DNA from: the human T2T-CHM13v2.0 reference genome, Homo sapiens
Direction: 5' to 3' (one strand)
NCBI RefSeq assembly: GCF_009914755.1
Contig: NC_060947.1
DNA: 64,000 bases
Shown: piece by piece, positions 42,545 to 54,568 of the stretch
Layout of the letters: every line of letters begins with the position of its first letter
Numbering within the stretch: the stretch's first letter is position 1
Position numbers and translations under genes: made by a program
The notes under the pieces: generated by a model
Told to the model about the DNA's origin: nothing
What the model saw: only the letters and a program-made list of their open reading frames with translations
Databases searched by the model: none

Positions 42545-43515
42545 ATTTTCCCATTAGTTGTCTGATATTATGCTGGTAATGATTAGAAAGACATAACTAA
42601 ATAATCACACTACTAGAAAGCTGTTTCTTATTAGCTTTTGCTTAGTGGGGTAAGTGTATTATCATGCAAGAGGGCTATTATTATACCAAAAATAGGTGAT
42701 AGACATGAATGAGAATCTTCATAGCAATGGTATTTGCCTCAGATAAAATTTGGAGAGGAAGAGTGTTGGAAATCCCATTACATCAGAGCATCAGAGCCTG
42801 AGCGTCTTTGACCGATGCTGAGATGAAAGGAGCCACCTAGTCATGCAGCTGTATTATTCAGGAGCTTCTGATTAGGAAAAACCAAGTAAGGCTCAGTGAT
42901 CAAACAGCAGCCACCTGAAGCCTCTGGTGTCCAGTCACATCTAGTGTAGAAATCCAAGAATCCTTTTTAAAAAATCCTCTAGAAAATCAGAAAGCTTTAC
43001 AGATTATTTTTAGCAAAATAGAAATATGAGAATTTAAGGCTGTTTTTAGAAAATCCTTCCTGTAACATGTTCATCCATCACGCACCCTTCACCAAAGCAA
43101 TGCACTATTCAGTCTACCCTCAGAGTGACATCAACCTAGGAAGCAGAGATACTTCAATGACTCTAAATAGTGACTTATCGGAAAGACACTTGAGTGCGAG
43201 TTTTTCCATTAAGGATTCCTCCACACAATGATATCTTCTTCTAGTTCCAAAATACAAGTAAAATTAATTGAGCAATACAAAATTTAGAGTGTTCCATCAG
43301 TGAAAGTATTATGAGGGCATAAGTAAACATAATATAGAAGCTGTGACACTGAAAGTCTGGCTAAGTGGGTAAAAATTTCAAAATAGAATCCTGTGGTATA
43401 CATAAATATCAGCTACCGTAAGTGCACTTTCGAATTCAACTTCCAAGTAAATGACCATGTCACTAGCAATCCCAGCCAAGACCCAGACAAATCACATGTA
43501 GTAAGAAGCCATATA

Positions 43516-43664
43516 AGATGCAGTTAATTGTTTTATTGCAAATACTTCACTGTGGGATTATTATCATTTCCTTGTATGCTTTAATATCATTGTGCAATCA
43601 CAAGGTCAAAGGAAATTCATTGATATATAAGGGGATTGCTGAAGGAAAGGTTTGACTGAGTTTG
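43516..43664 (+). repeat. Dispersed direct duplication, copy 1 (partner at 45131-45274)
   Basis: Ungapped alignment over ~128 bp with 15 differences by my count, then a shared ctgagtttg after a short gap. Confidence 0.93.
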
Positions 43665-44611
43665 TTGGCAAGATACACAGATGTAAAGAAAAAATGCAAA
43701 AAATGAAGGGATTATTTAATTGATGCCTATTCATTAAGTCTGTATTTTTATCAGTTCTCAATTAACCCAAATAGATTCATTACTACCTACACACTTTTTA
43801 AATTCCCATCATTTTCAATAACTCACATTTTTGTCACTTTGAGGAGCTTTTACCATTATTCACTCTCAGCAAGAGCAGCATACTGTTCTATAATTCCTTA
43901 TATTATTAGCCACAAACAATGTATTAGAGTTCAGTGTAGAAGATATTTTGACGAATCAACCTTTCTCACATATGTTATGCATTTACTAGCTGTATGTTCT
44001 GTCTATAAGTAATAGAACCATCATAACTGATTCACTTATGAGGTGTTACTTTTCTTACTGAATGGCAAACGATCTTCAAAGTAGACACCCAGTAGATTTA
44101 ACAAGATTATTATGCACAAAGCAAGGACGTTATTTCAGTGTTAGGCTTGTATAAGAACCCTTTAGAGAGTTTAAGACCTGAATTAAGGACTGGCAAGTAA
44201 ATCCTTGGGTAAACTGTACATAAAGGAAGATAAAGTCATTCTCTTTAAGAAGATTTTTTGGAGTAGTACTATGTGTGTAGTGATACAGTTACAACAAAAG
44301 CGTTTTGTGTTCCTGACATTACTGTTCGTAACGGATGCCTTAAAATTTATGTATTGCTGTACATTGTTTCTAGGTAGATGAAGATCTAGCACAAAGCAAT
44401 TTTTTATTTCTTTTCCAGCAACTCATTCTTCCCCTGATTTATTTTAATAATTAACCAAAACTTCCATTTTAATCGATATCCACATAAAAATAAAGAAGAT
44501 ATGAGATTTTAAAAATAGGTCACTAAAGTTCACCTAAAATTGTTACACTTTTGCACAAACAATAAAACCGATGTTTCCAGATGTCCTAGTCTCCATTGAG
44601 TAGAATAGAGG

Positions 44612-44675
44612 TCCACAACATGAGGCTCCAGGGTGGGCTTCAGAGGATCCACAATTTTCTGGAAATTATATGCAG

Positions 44676-44719
<44 letters not shown>

Positions 44720-44803
44720 AGTTTTCTCAACAGTATGTCTATAAATTTCATCAAATTCCCAAAGAGATATATAAGGGGAAGAAAAGGTAAAGATGTATTA
44801 CTG
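44612..44803. mobile_element. hAT-Charlie MITE (Charlie4-like) with an expanded (TG)n
   Basis: gggtgggcttcagaggatccac...gaaattatatgca...tttcatcaaattcccaaag...aaaaggtaaaga. Confidence 0.55.
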
Positions 44804-44874
44804 TATTAACAGTACAGAGATCCAGACCTAGAAAATGCATTTGGTTGTTATTTACGACACATGCAGTTTAAAAG

Positions 44875-45100
44875 ATGGGAACATGAGCTACAGAGTCAGA
44901 AGGACCTAGTACAAGGCCCCACTTCACCACTAAGCAATACTGGAAAAGTTACATAATCTCTCTGAGCCTCAATTTCCTATATTTAATATGCAGATACTAA
45001 TTATACCTATCTTCTAAGTTGTGATGAGGATTAAACAAAATAATGCATGTATAGTCCTATGAGCTGCACATGTAATAAGTGTTCAATAAATAGTTTGTAT
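44875..45100 (+). mobile_element. MIR
   Basis: Core aagttacataatctctctgagcctcaatttcct...gttgtgatgaggattaaa...taagtgttcaataaatag. Confidence 0.8.
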
Positions 45101-45130
45101 AATTAGGGAGGCTTTAAAACATTATAATTG

Positions 45131-45274
45131 AGATGCAGTTAACTGTTTTATTGCAAATATTTTATTCTTGGATTATCACTATTTCGTTGTATGCTTTAAT
45201 GTCATTGTGCAATCACAAAGTTAAAGGAAATTCATTGATATATAAGGTGATTGCAGAAGTTTGGGCTGAGTTTG
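45131..45274 (+). repeat. Dispersed direct duplication, copy 2
   Basis: agatgcagttaactgttttattgcaaata...ggaaattcattgatatataagg matches 43516-43664. Confidence 0.93.
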
Positions 45275-46199
45275 AGTTTTTCATATGTCTAAATATTTCA
45301 AAGTGGAAATATTGCCATAAATTCAAAGATCAAAATTAAAACTGCCAGTCTTTTCAGTTAATCAGTGTCTTGTTCCCAGTTTCCTTTTACAATACTGGAA
45401 AATCAGACATAAATGAAGAATCAGATCTGTTATAAGCCATATTTTCTGAAATACATACATTTCTATCACAAATGATTTGATTAAAAAATCAACATTATAC
45501 TGTGATTTTTATATAATGATAGCATAAGTAATGCACATACATGGCTTCAAAAATTCAAAAAATTACATCCCTTCCTGCTCTATGAATTGTTTTTTCTTAT
45601 ACAGTTGACCCTTGAACAACATGGGTTTGAACTATGTACATTCACATATGCGGACTTTTTTCAGTAAATATACTGGAAAATTTTTTGGATATTTGGAACA
45701 ATTTGAGAAAAACTCACAAACTGCATAGCCTAGAAATATTTTTAAAAATTAAGAAAAAAAATTAGGTATGTCATTAATGCATAAAATATACATAGATACT
45801 AGTCTATTTTATCATTTACTATAATAAAACATACACAAATCTGTGGTAAAAAGTTAAAATATATTAAAACTTGTGCATACAAACACTTACAGATGGTATA
45901 TGGCACCATTTGCGATTGAGAGAAATGTAAACAAACATAAAGATACACTATTAAATCATAACTACAAACATTAACTCTATATACTGTACTACTGTAGTAA
46001 TTTCATAGCCATCTCCCGTTGCTTTTGCTGTGAGCCCAAGTGTTGTGAGTATCCACTTAAAATGCCCTGTGACACTAATCATCTCTACATGAGCAGTTGA
46101 TCTCTCTAGTAAATTTAATATCACACTAAAAAGAGATCTCCCCTGGTTCTTATGTAGTTTTCATCGTGTTTAGTGCAATACCATAAACTGTATAACACC

Positions 46200-47900
46200 A
46201 TGGCACCCATATAATGTGCCACCAGTGAAGCTGAAAGTGCTCCCAAGAAGCAGAGAGAAGTTATGACATTATAAGAAAAAGTTGAATGTTTGATACGTAC
46301 TGTAAACTGCAGCCTGCAGCTGTGGTTGACCACTTTTTCAAGATAAATTAATGCTGGGTAAGAACCATTGTAAAAAAATAAAATAAAAGGGGGGCAATTC
46401 ATGAAGCTGTCACTGGAGCTATGCAAGCAGGCATGAAGACCCTATACTTTTTGCAAAATACCTTTTTATCTAGTATTAAAAATGAAGCTTTTATGTGGAT
46501 GAAGGATTGCTACAAGAAAGCCATACCTATAGACTCCAATATGATTCAAGAAAAAGTGAGGTCATTATATGACAATTTAAAGCAAAAGAAAGGTGAAAGA
46601 TTTAAAGCTGGAGCATTTAATTTCAGCAAAGGATGGTTTGATAACTTCAGAAAGAGGTTTGGCTTAAAAATGTCAAGATAACAGGAGAAGAAGCTTCTGC
46701 GGACCAAGAGGCTGCAGATAAGTTCCCAAATGCCATTGAGAAAATCATTGAGAAGAAAGGATATATGCCTGAAAAAGCTTTTAATGCAGATGAAAGTACA
46801 CCATTCTGGAAAAGAAAAATGCCACAAAGGACATTTATTAGTAAAGAACAGAAGCAAACACCAGGATTTAATGCAGGAAGGGATCATCTAACTCCACTGT
46901 TTTGTGAAAATGCCATAGAGTTATAGTCAGGACTGCCTTTGTAGACAACCTGCTAACCCCTGAGTCTTGAAGAGAAAAGATAAACAACATCTTCCACTCT
47001 CTTGCTTCTACAACAAGAAGGCCTAGACAATAAGAACTATTTTTTTCTGGATTATTTTCATTGATATTTTGTCCCTGAAGTCAGGAAGTAACTTGCCAGT
47101 GATGGGCTGCCTTTTAAAGTTTTCAAAAATGTTGGAAAATGACCCTGGCCACCCAAAACCTCATGTGTTCAATAATGAAGGCATCAACATAGTCTACTTG
47201 GCCCAAAATACAATATATTTAATTTAGCCTCTAGATCAGGAGTTTGTAAGGACCTTTAAGGCTCATTACACATGGCAATCTATGGAAGGGATTGTCAACA
47301 CTATGGAAGAGAACCCCAATAGAGAGGTCATCACAAAAGGCTGGAAGGGTTACAACATTGAAGATGCCATCATTGTTATGGAAAAGCCATCAATCCCAAA
47401 ACAATAAATTCCTACTACAGAAAACTGTGTCCAGATGTTGTTCTTGATTTCACAGGATGTACAACAGAGCCAATCAAGGAAATTGCAAATGAGATTGTGG
47501 ATATAAAGAAAAAAGGTGGTAGTGAAGGATTGCAAAATGTAGACCTTGGACAAATCAAGAGCTAAAACATATCACATCAGAGTAATTAACAGAAGATGAC
47601 TTGATGGAGATAAATGCTTTTGAATCAGTACTAGATGATGAGAAAGAAAATGTAGACGAAGCAGTGCCAGAAAGTAAGATGACATTAGACAACCTGGCAG
47701 AGGGTTCCAATTATTCAAGACCACTTTTGACTTCTTTTACAACATGAACCCTTCTATGATAGGAGCACTGAAACTAAAGCAAATGGTGGAAGAAGGATTG
47801 GTACCATATAGAAACATTTTTAAAGAAATAAAGAAGCAAAAAAATCAGACAGAAGTTATGATGTACTTCTGTAAAGTTACACCAAGTGTGCCTGCCTCTC
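46200..47900 (+). pseudogene. Tigger2 transposase remnant (CENP-B HTH plus DDE domain) with several stops and frameshifts
   Basis: EAFMWMKDCYKK...SKGWFDNFRKRFG; after a frameshift, GYMPEKAFNADES; later PLDQ motif (cctctagatcag). Confidence 0.88.
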
Positions 47901-47964
47901 TTGCCTCCTCTTCCACCTCCTCCACCTCTTTCGCCTCTGTCACCCTTGAGACAACAGAACCAAC

Positions 47965-48332
47965 TGATTTGGTTTGGCTGTGTCCCCACCCAAATCTCAT
48001 CTTTGAATTGTAGCTTTCATAATCCCCACGTGTCACGGGAGGGACCCAGTTGGAGGTAATTTAATCAAGGGGGCGCGTCTTTCCCATCCTGTTCTCATGA
48101 TAGTGAATAAGTCTCACAAGATCTGATATTTTTATTAAAAAAGAGTTACCCTATACAAGCTCTCTCTTTCCTCCTGCCATATAAGATGTGACTTTTCTCC
48201 TCATTCGCCTTCAGCCATGATTGTGAGGTCTCCCCAGCCATGTGGAACTGGGAGTCAATTAAACCTCTTTCCTTCATAAATTACCCAGTCTCAGGTATGT
48301 CTGTATTAGCAGCATGAGAACAGACTAATACA
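47965..48332 (+). mobile_element. THE1 (C/D-like) solo LTR inserted in Tigger2
   Basis: tgatttggtttggctgtgtccccacccaaatctc...gactaataca with a perfect 5-bp TSD ccaac. Confidence 0.95.
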
Positions 48333-49393
48333 CCAACTTCTCCCCTTCTTCTTCTTCCTTGGCCTACTCAATGTGAAGACAATGAGGATGTAGACCTTTA
48401 TGATGAACCACTTCCACTTAATGATTAGAAAACATATTTTCTCTTCCTTGTGATTTTCTCAATAATGTTTTCATTTCTCAAGCTTACTTTATTGGTAGAA
48501 TACAGTATATAATAAATATAACATATAAAATATGTGTTAATCAACTGTTGATATTATCGGTAAGGCTTCTAGTCAACCACAGGCTATTAGTAGTTAAGTT
48601 TTTGGCAAGTCAAAAGTTATACATAGATTTTGGACTGTATAAGGGATCAGTGCCCTTAACCCCTCCATTCTTCAAGGGTCAACTGTGATTTGCCCATTTT
48701 TTTGGATTGTTTGCCTTTTATTTTTAATTTTTATTGGGGTCTCTGTTCATTAGGAATAGCAGTCTACTAAAGTATTGCAAATATTTTGTCAGTTTGTTGT
48801 CTTTCAACCATATTTATGGCTTTCATTTTATTTTTGCAGCACATGATTTTTCAATGTTTACCTAGAAAAATTTGTGAAAATTTTACTTATGACATCTATA
48901 GTTCCCCTCTTGCTTGAGATTTAAAAGTTAAACTTTCTTCTAATAATAATATATTTTATTTTTGATATTTATATCATTCCATTTTGAATTTATTTTTGTA
49001 GATAAAAATATTGGGAGGTAAATATATTTATTTATTTTCCTCCATATTGATAGCAAATTATGCCAGCACCATTAAATTTTTAAAATGTCATTTTCACACA
49101 GAATTAAAGGGCAATACTTGTGAAACATTAGGTTCCTATATATGTACATACTCAGTTCTATTACTGTACTTAATTATGTCCTTGTTATATGTATCTATCT
49201 ATCGTCTACTGTATTTTCAGATTTCTTAAATATTCTCACGTATTAGTTCTTCTATTTGAACTCAAACAATTTCACCTTGTTCTAATAAAATATTGAGGAT
49301 GTTTTTTGAGATTTTCCTTTCAGTTGTTTACATGTGTATAGGATATTGGGATGTATCAACATTTTTAGAATAGTGCTTTATACAGAGACATGG

Positions 49394-50136
49394 TGCAAGT
49401 GCCCAACAGTTTCTTCCTGCCTGTTGTACAGACAAAGTCTATTCACTGAGACTGTGGCATTGCAGCAAAGAAAGAGTTTGTTTGATGCAAGACTTGTCAT
49501 GCAGGAGAACTGAAGCTATCACTCGAATCAGTCTCCCCAAAGGCTCAGAGGTTAGAGTTTTTATGGACAATTTGGTGGACAGGGGACTAGGGAATGGGTA
49601 CTGCTGATTGGTTGGAGATGAAATCATAGGCTTGTGGAAAACAGTCCTTGTACACTGAGTCCACTCCTGGGTGGTGCCACAGGACCAAATGAGTCATGAG
49701 TCACAAGTGTGGATGGTGTCAGTCTGAAAAAGATCTCAAAAGAACCAATCGTATGTTCTACAATAGTGATGTTATCTATAGGAGCAATTAGGGAAGTCTC
49801 AAATCTTGTGACCTCTGGCCACATGACTCCTGAGCAGTAAGGGACTATAGAAATAATGCCTACATCTTAGCAGAGTTCAGGCCCCTCCCATAATCTTGTT
49901 CTTGTGGCCTATCATTAGTCTTATAAAGGCAGTTTTTGGTCCTTGAGCAAGGAGGGGGTTAGTTTTAGGGAGAGAATATTATCATCTTTGCTTTGAAGTT
50001 AAACTATAAATTTCTCCCAAAGTTAGCTTGACCTATACACCCAGGAATGACCAAGAACACCCTGGAGGTCAGAAGCAAGATGGAGTTAACTGAGTCAGAT
50101 TTCTCTTACTGTTATAATTTTGCGAAGGTGGTTTCA
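49394..50136 (-). mobile_element. LTR8A/B-like solo LTR (ERV1)
   Basis: The reverse complement starts tgaaaccaccttcgcaaaattata. 4-bp TSD atgg on both sides. Confidence 0.85.
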
Positions 50137-50874
50137 ATGGAATGGCTCCCCATTTTGAGAAACATATTTTACATTTTTAAAGAAAATGTTATAGCTATCT
50201 TCACATGGGTCTTATATTCCCTTTATTACATTTAATTTCAGGTATTTCATATTTTCGTATTTATTACAGATATATTTTCCATTTGGTTTTCTAATTGTTT
50301 ACTCCTAGTATAAAGAAAGGCTATTTATTTTCTATATTTATAGTTTATCCATTTACCTTATGAAATTATCTTGTACAAGTTAATATTTATTATAGCCTTT
50401 TGGAGTCTCTAGGTATACAGTTGCATGTCTCTTTATTTCCAAAATGTATACCATTTGTCAATTGTCTTAGTGCATTACCCAGACCGCCAAAATATTTACT
50501 TGACTTGATCCTGCCTTTAATGTAAATTTAATGATTTCATTATGCCTCACTTTATAATGTTTCTATAGTTTTTGATAAGTAATTTTATCGTGGTAATTGG
50601 TTTCTAGTCCAAACTTATTCAGAGATTTTCCTAAAAATGCTTGCTAATAACATTTATGAATCTACTGATAAAGCTATATGGTCTTTCTCCTTCCATTTTT
50701 TAGGGTAATGAATTATATTAGTAAATTCCCTAATGATGAACCATCTTTATAATCCTAGAATAAACTCTATATAATTGTGGAGTGTTATTCCTTTAATGAA
50801 CTACTTGATTCAATTTGCTAGTATTTCATTTAGAATCTGGTATTATATGAATAAGTAACATTGGTCTGTAGTAT

Positions 50875-51006
50875 ATTAGAAACACTAAGTTCCAGGCCAT
50901 ATCCCAAATCAAATAAATCAGAAACTCTTGGATGAGGTTTAGGCATGAGCATTTTTCAAAGGCTCTTCAAATAGTTATATTGTGCACCCAGGATTGAGAA
51001 CCACTG
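50875..51006. mobile_element. MER5A-type hAT MITE fragment
   Basis: aatcagaaactcttgg...tgtgcacccaggattgagaaccactg. Confidence 0.7.
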
Positions 51007-51194
51007 GTCTATTTTTCTTTTAGGTATGTTTATCAGATTTTGATAATATGATTATGTTATCTGCATTACATGAATTGTAGAAATTTTACCTTTTTGAAAT
51101 AATGTAGGAATTATTTGTAAAATAGGGAAACTCCTACCTTTATGAAATAACATAGGAATTGTTTCTAACAACCATCTGGACCTGTTGCCTTTGG

Positions 51195-51471
51195 GCTACA
51201 GTTACAGACACCCTGTGATGGACCTACAGATAGATACCCTGCCATGGGGCTAGATTTATGGGATGTCTCCCCAGGACTATTTCTCCATTGCAATTAAATA
51301 CATACACATTGGGTCAGCAGCACCCCACTGGTAGAGACAGTGCCAGAGCCAGACCCTAATCCAAGAGAACTAGGCGGCCACTTGGGCTGGCATCTGGATC
51401 TGCCACCGAAGGGGGGCTGTGAAACCATGGACAGGTAGCCACAATAACAATCCCCAATGAGTCCCCAAATT
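51195..51471 (-). mobile_element. ERV1 (HUERS-P1-like) 5' internal leader with a tRNA-Pro primer-binding site
   Basis: The minus strand just after the LTR reads tggggactcattggggat (51450-51467), 14/18 identical to PBS-Pro TGGGGGCTCGTCCGGGAT. Confidence 0.75.
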
Positions 51472-52292
51472 TGTAACTGCCCAAAGGGTTCACCTTGCCC
51501 ACTGCCTAGATAGCAGATTTATCAAGACAGGGGAATTGCAATGAAGAAAGAGTAATTCACACAGAGCCAGCTGTGTGGGAGACCAGAATTTTATTATTAT
51601 GCAAATAAGTCTCCCCAAGCATTCTGGGACCAGAGTTTTTAAGGATAATTTGGAGGCTAAGGGCTCGGTAAGCGGAGAGTGCTGACTGGTCAGGTTGGAG
51701 ATGGAATCATAGCAGAGGTCAAAGTTAGTTTTATTTAATTTTTTTATTTTTATTTTTATTTTTTTTTTTTGCTATCTTCTGTTCCTGCGTGAGATCACAG
51801 AACTGGGTGAGCCAGATTACCTGTCTGGGTGCTGTCAGGTGAGAGATCAATCCAGTGCAGGGTCTGCAAAATATCTCAAGCACTGATATTAGGTTTGACA
51901 ATAGTGATGTCATGCCCAGGAGAAATCTGGAGAGGTTCAGACTCTTGAAGCCACAGGCTGCATGACCCCTAAACTGTAATTTCTAATCTTGTAGCTAATT
52001 TGTTAGTCCTGGAAAGGCAGACTGGCCCCCAGGCAAGAAGGGTTTTTTTGTTTGTTTGTTTGTTTGTTTGTTTTTGTTTGTTTTTTGTTTTTTGTTTTTT
52101 TCAGGAAAGGGCTATTATCAATTTTGTTTCAGACTTAAACTGTAAACTACATTCCTTCCCAAGGTTAGTTCAGCCTATGCCCAGGAAGGAACAAGGACAG
52201 TTTAAAGGTTAGAAGCAAGATGAAGTCAGTTAGGTCTGATCTCTTTCACTGTCATAATTCCCTCAGTTACAATTTTTGCAAAGGTGGTTTCA
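51472..52292 (-). mobile_element. LTR8 (5' LTR of a truncated provirus)
   Basis: Reverse complement tgaaaccacctttgcaaaaattgtaac...gggcagttaca, adjacent to the PBS. Confidence 0.88.
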
Positions 52293-52322
52293 GTGACCCT
52301 TATGATGGATGAGAAAAGGTAT

Positions 52323-52630
52323 TGTTCCCATACCGACCAGGTTTGGCTGAATGTTCTTGCGGCCCAATAACGAGAAGCAGATGAACTGGGAAAGAAGAGA
52401 GTTTGTTTCTGTAACTGGGTACAGGGAGAAGGCTGGAGATAATTCACCAGACAAACTCCAGATTCTAAAGTTTCTAAAAGCACTTGCCCCGGCTCCTGCA
52501 CCTGCTCACCTGAATCCTCCCCCTCCTATAAAGGGTTTGAGTGCACAGTGGCAAAATAAAGAAGCCACACCCCTGCTGCACATCCTGCGAGGGGGTCAGG
52601 GAACTCTCATTTCATTATGATGTGTATGTT
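52323..52630 (-). mobile_element. ERV1-type LTR fragment (family uncertain, MER66-like)
   Basis: aataacgagaagcagatgaactgggaaagaagagagtttgtttctgtaactgggtacagggagaagg, a recalled LTR 3' part. Confidence 0.5.
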
Positions 52631-53850
52631 TACATATATATGATAATAAGTTTATATGGTAATCTAATTAAATACAAGAGATGTCATTTCCTTAAATACT
52701 TTTCATTCACTCGAGAATAGACCATGTTAAATCATTCATCAAAACTACCAATATTAGTTATTTTATTTCCATATATTGCAAAACGATTTTATTTTTACAC
52801 AACAAACTTCATTTTATTTTTTAAAGTTATGTCATTGGCTCTTACCTGTTATGTTTGTTTAGACAAAGTGACTTTCATTTCTTAGTGCATTTAATTTCCC
52901 AGCCACTAACATCAAGGTAGTGTATAATCTTCTTTGTTTAATCTTTTTAAATTAAATAATTATCTATGTAACAAAACCAGGAACACTTCCATGGCAATCC
53001 TGGCTCTAATCAGCATAGTGCCTTGACAAAGGCACTACAAGCAAGAATAAATAAGGAACAATTTTGCAATTCACACTTTATTGTGCAAGTAATCTAGACT
53101 ATAGCTATTCTTCAGCAAATCAGGCAATTAGAGTAGTTCCTAGTCAAAATGAAGATCACATCATCAAATGATTTTATATACCCTTAAAATTATTTTCCCA
53201 TAAATTTCTTCTAGTGAATTCTGTATGTAATGAGAGGTAGTACCAGGCACAATGTTTCCTTTCTCCCTTTATTCTATCTTCATCAAACCTGCTCTAATTC
53301 ACAGGTATTATTTGTTAATAAGACACATTAAAATGTTGTACCAGTCATCTGTCAATGCAAACGGAGGACTCAGAACAAGTCCTCTTGATTTGGGTGCTGT
53401 ATCCAGATGGAACCAGAAACTGACCTAAGCTATAGATCTGTCTCATATTTATCATTTACAATCTCTTCTCTGGTTCTCACATCAACTGTCCTCACAAGGC
53501 CACAGAGCCACAGAGTATAGTGCCATTTCCATTATACTCTGCTGCTATAAAATATCAATAATTAGAACTGGCAACCAATTTCTTCTATTATCATTTGGTT
53601 TCATTACTTAGCAATGTATGTAAGATTTGGGGCAAATGCCCTATTTTACTTCATTTGAGCACTAATAATTTAAGCTTCTTAAGAGCACACACACCTGAGA
53701 AAGTGCCTGTGGGCAGAAGAAACCTGAACTCTACTTGCAAGTATCATGGCAAGTTTTCATTACCCTCTTTTTATGGGGTTAAGAAAAAGAGAAAAATTTT
53801 GTGACTTCTCTGTGCTTTAGTTTCCTCTTCTAATCGCATAGCTGTCTATA

Positions 53851-54386
53851 TGTAAACCAGAAATAAAATTCCAAGGTTGCCCAACCACCTGAATGGACCC
53901 CTTCTCTCATCCAAAGGCATTCCACAGTTAACCAGAAAAACTATTTCAGGCCATGATGGAAGAGGGAATTGGACTTGCTTCACTATACCCCTCCAGCATT
54001 AACATCAACACAGATCTTAAGTCTGATAAGAAACATTTACAATCTATTCTCCTCAACCCCTATGGTAACCCAGACATTCCTTTCTACTGATAATAACTCT
54101 TCAACCAGTTGCAAGTGAGAAAATTTTTAAATCTACCTACGACCTGGAAGTCAACCCCCTACCTCCCTCTTCGAATTGTCCTGCCCTTCAAGATTCAACC
54201 AATGTAAGACTTAAATGTATCGATTGATGTATTATGTCTCCCTAAAATATATGACAGCTGTACCCCAACCACCTTGGACACATGTTCTCAGGACCTCCTG
54301 AGGTTGTGTCATGGGTGCATACTTAACCTTGGCAAAATAAACATCCTAAATTGATTGAGACTTGTCTCAGATATTTTGGCTTTATA
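53851..54386 (+). mobile_element. MER4 (B/D-like) LTR
   Basis: tgtaaaccagaaataaaattc...ttggcaaaataaac...ttgagacttgtctcagata. Degenerate TSD tata/cata. Confidence 0.85.
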
Positions 54387-54390
54387 CATA

Positions 54391-54568
54391 CTTTGTTGAA
54401 CCTAAGCATCAAAATGGACAATTCCTCCTGTATCTTTGGGTCTTCATTCTGAAGCCTCATATGTATGCGTGTTAAATAAATTTGTATGCCTTTTCTCTTA
54501 ATAATCAATCTGCCTCATATCAGTGATTTTCAGGGAACCTCCAGGGGACCAAGGCCTTGCACCCCATA
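54391..54568 (+). mobile_element. 3' part of a second MER4-group LTR
   Basis: ctttgggtcttcattctgaag...aaataaatttgtatgccttttctc. Confidence 0.6.

Larger units (their letters stand above)
45602..48685 (+). mobile_element. Full-length Tigger2 (pogo/Tc1-mariner) DNA transposon with a dead transposase
   Basis: TIRs cagttgacccttgaa / ttcaagggtcaactg, 5' TA flank, ~2.7 kb after removing the THE1 insertion. Confidence 0.93.
48690..51190 (-). mobile_element. Ancient L1ME fragments interrupted by an LTR8-family LTR and MER5
   Basis: Degenerate antisense ORF2 motifs (tattgcaaatatttt, ctagtataaagaaaggctat, ttgattcaatttgctagtattt). Confidence 0.6.

Noticed and set aside
46421-46681. Domesticated CENP-B/TIGD-like gene
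   Set aside because: There are stops and frameshifts on both sides, and it lies inside a Tigger2 that still has its TIRs.
49394-52292. Two same-strand LTR8-family LTRs as one provirus
   Set aside because: The left LTR has its own 4-bp TSD (atgg) and differs in sequence, and the interval is mostly L1ME and MER5.
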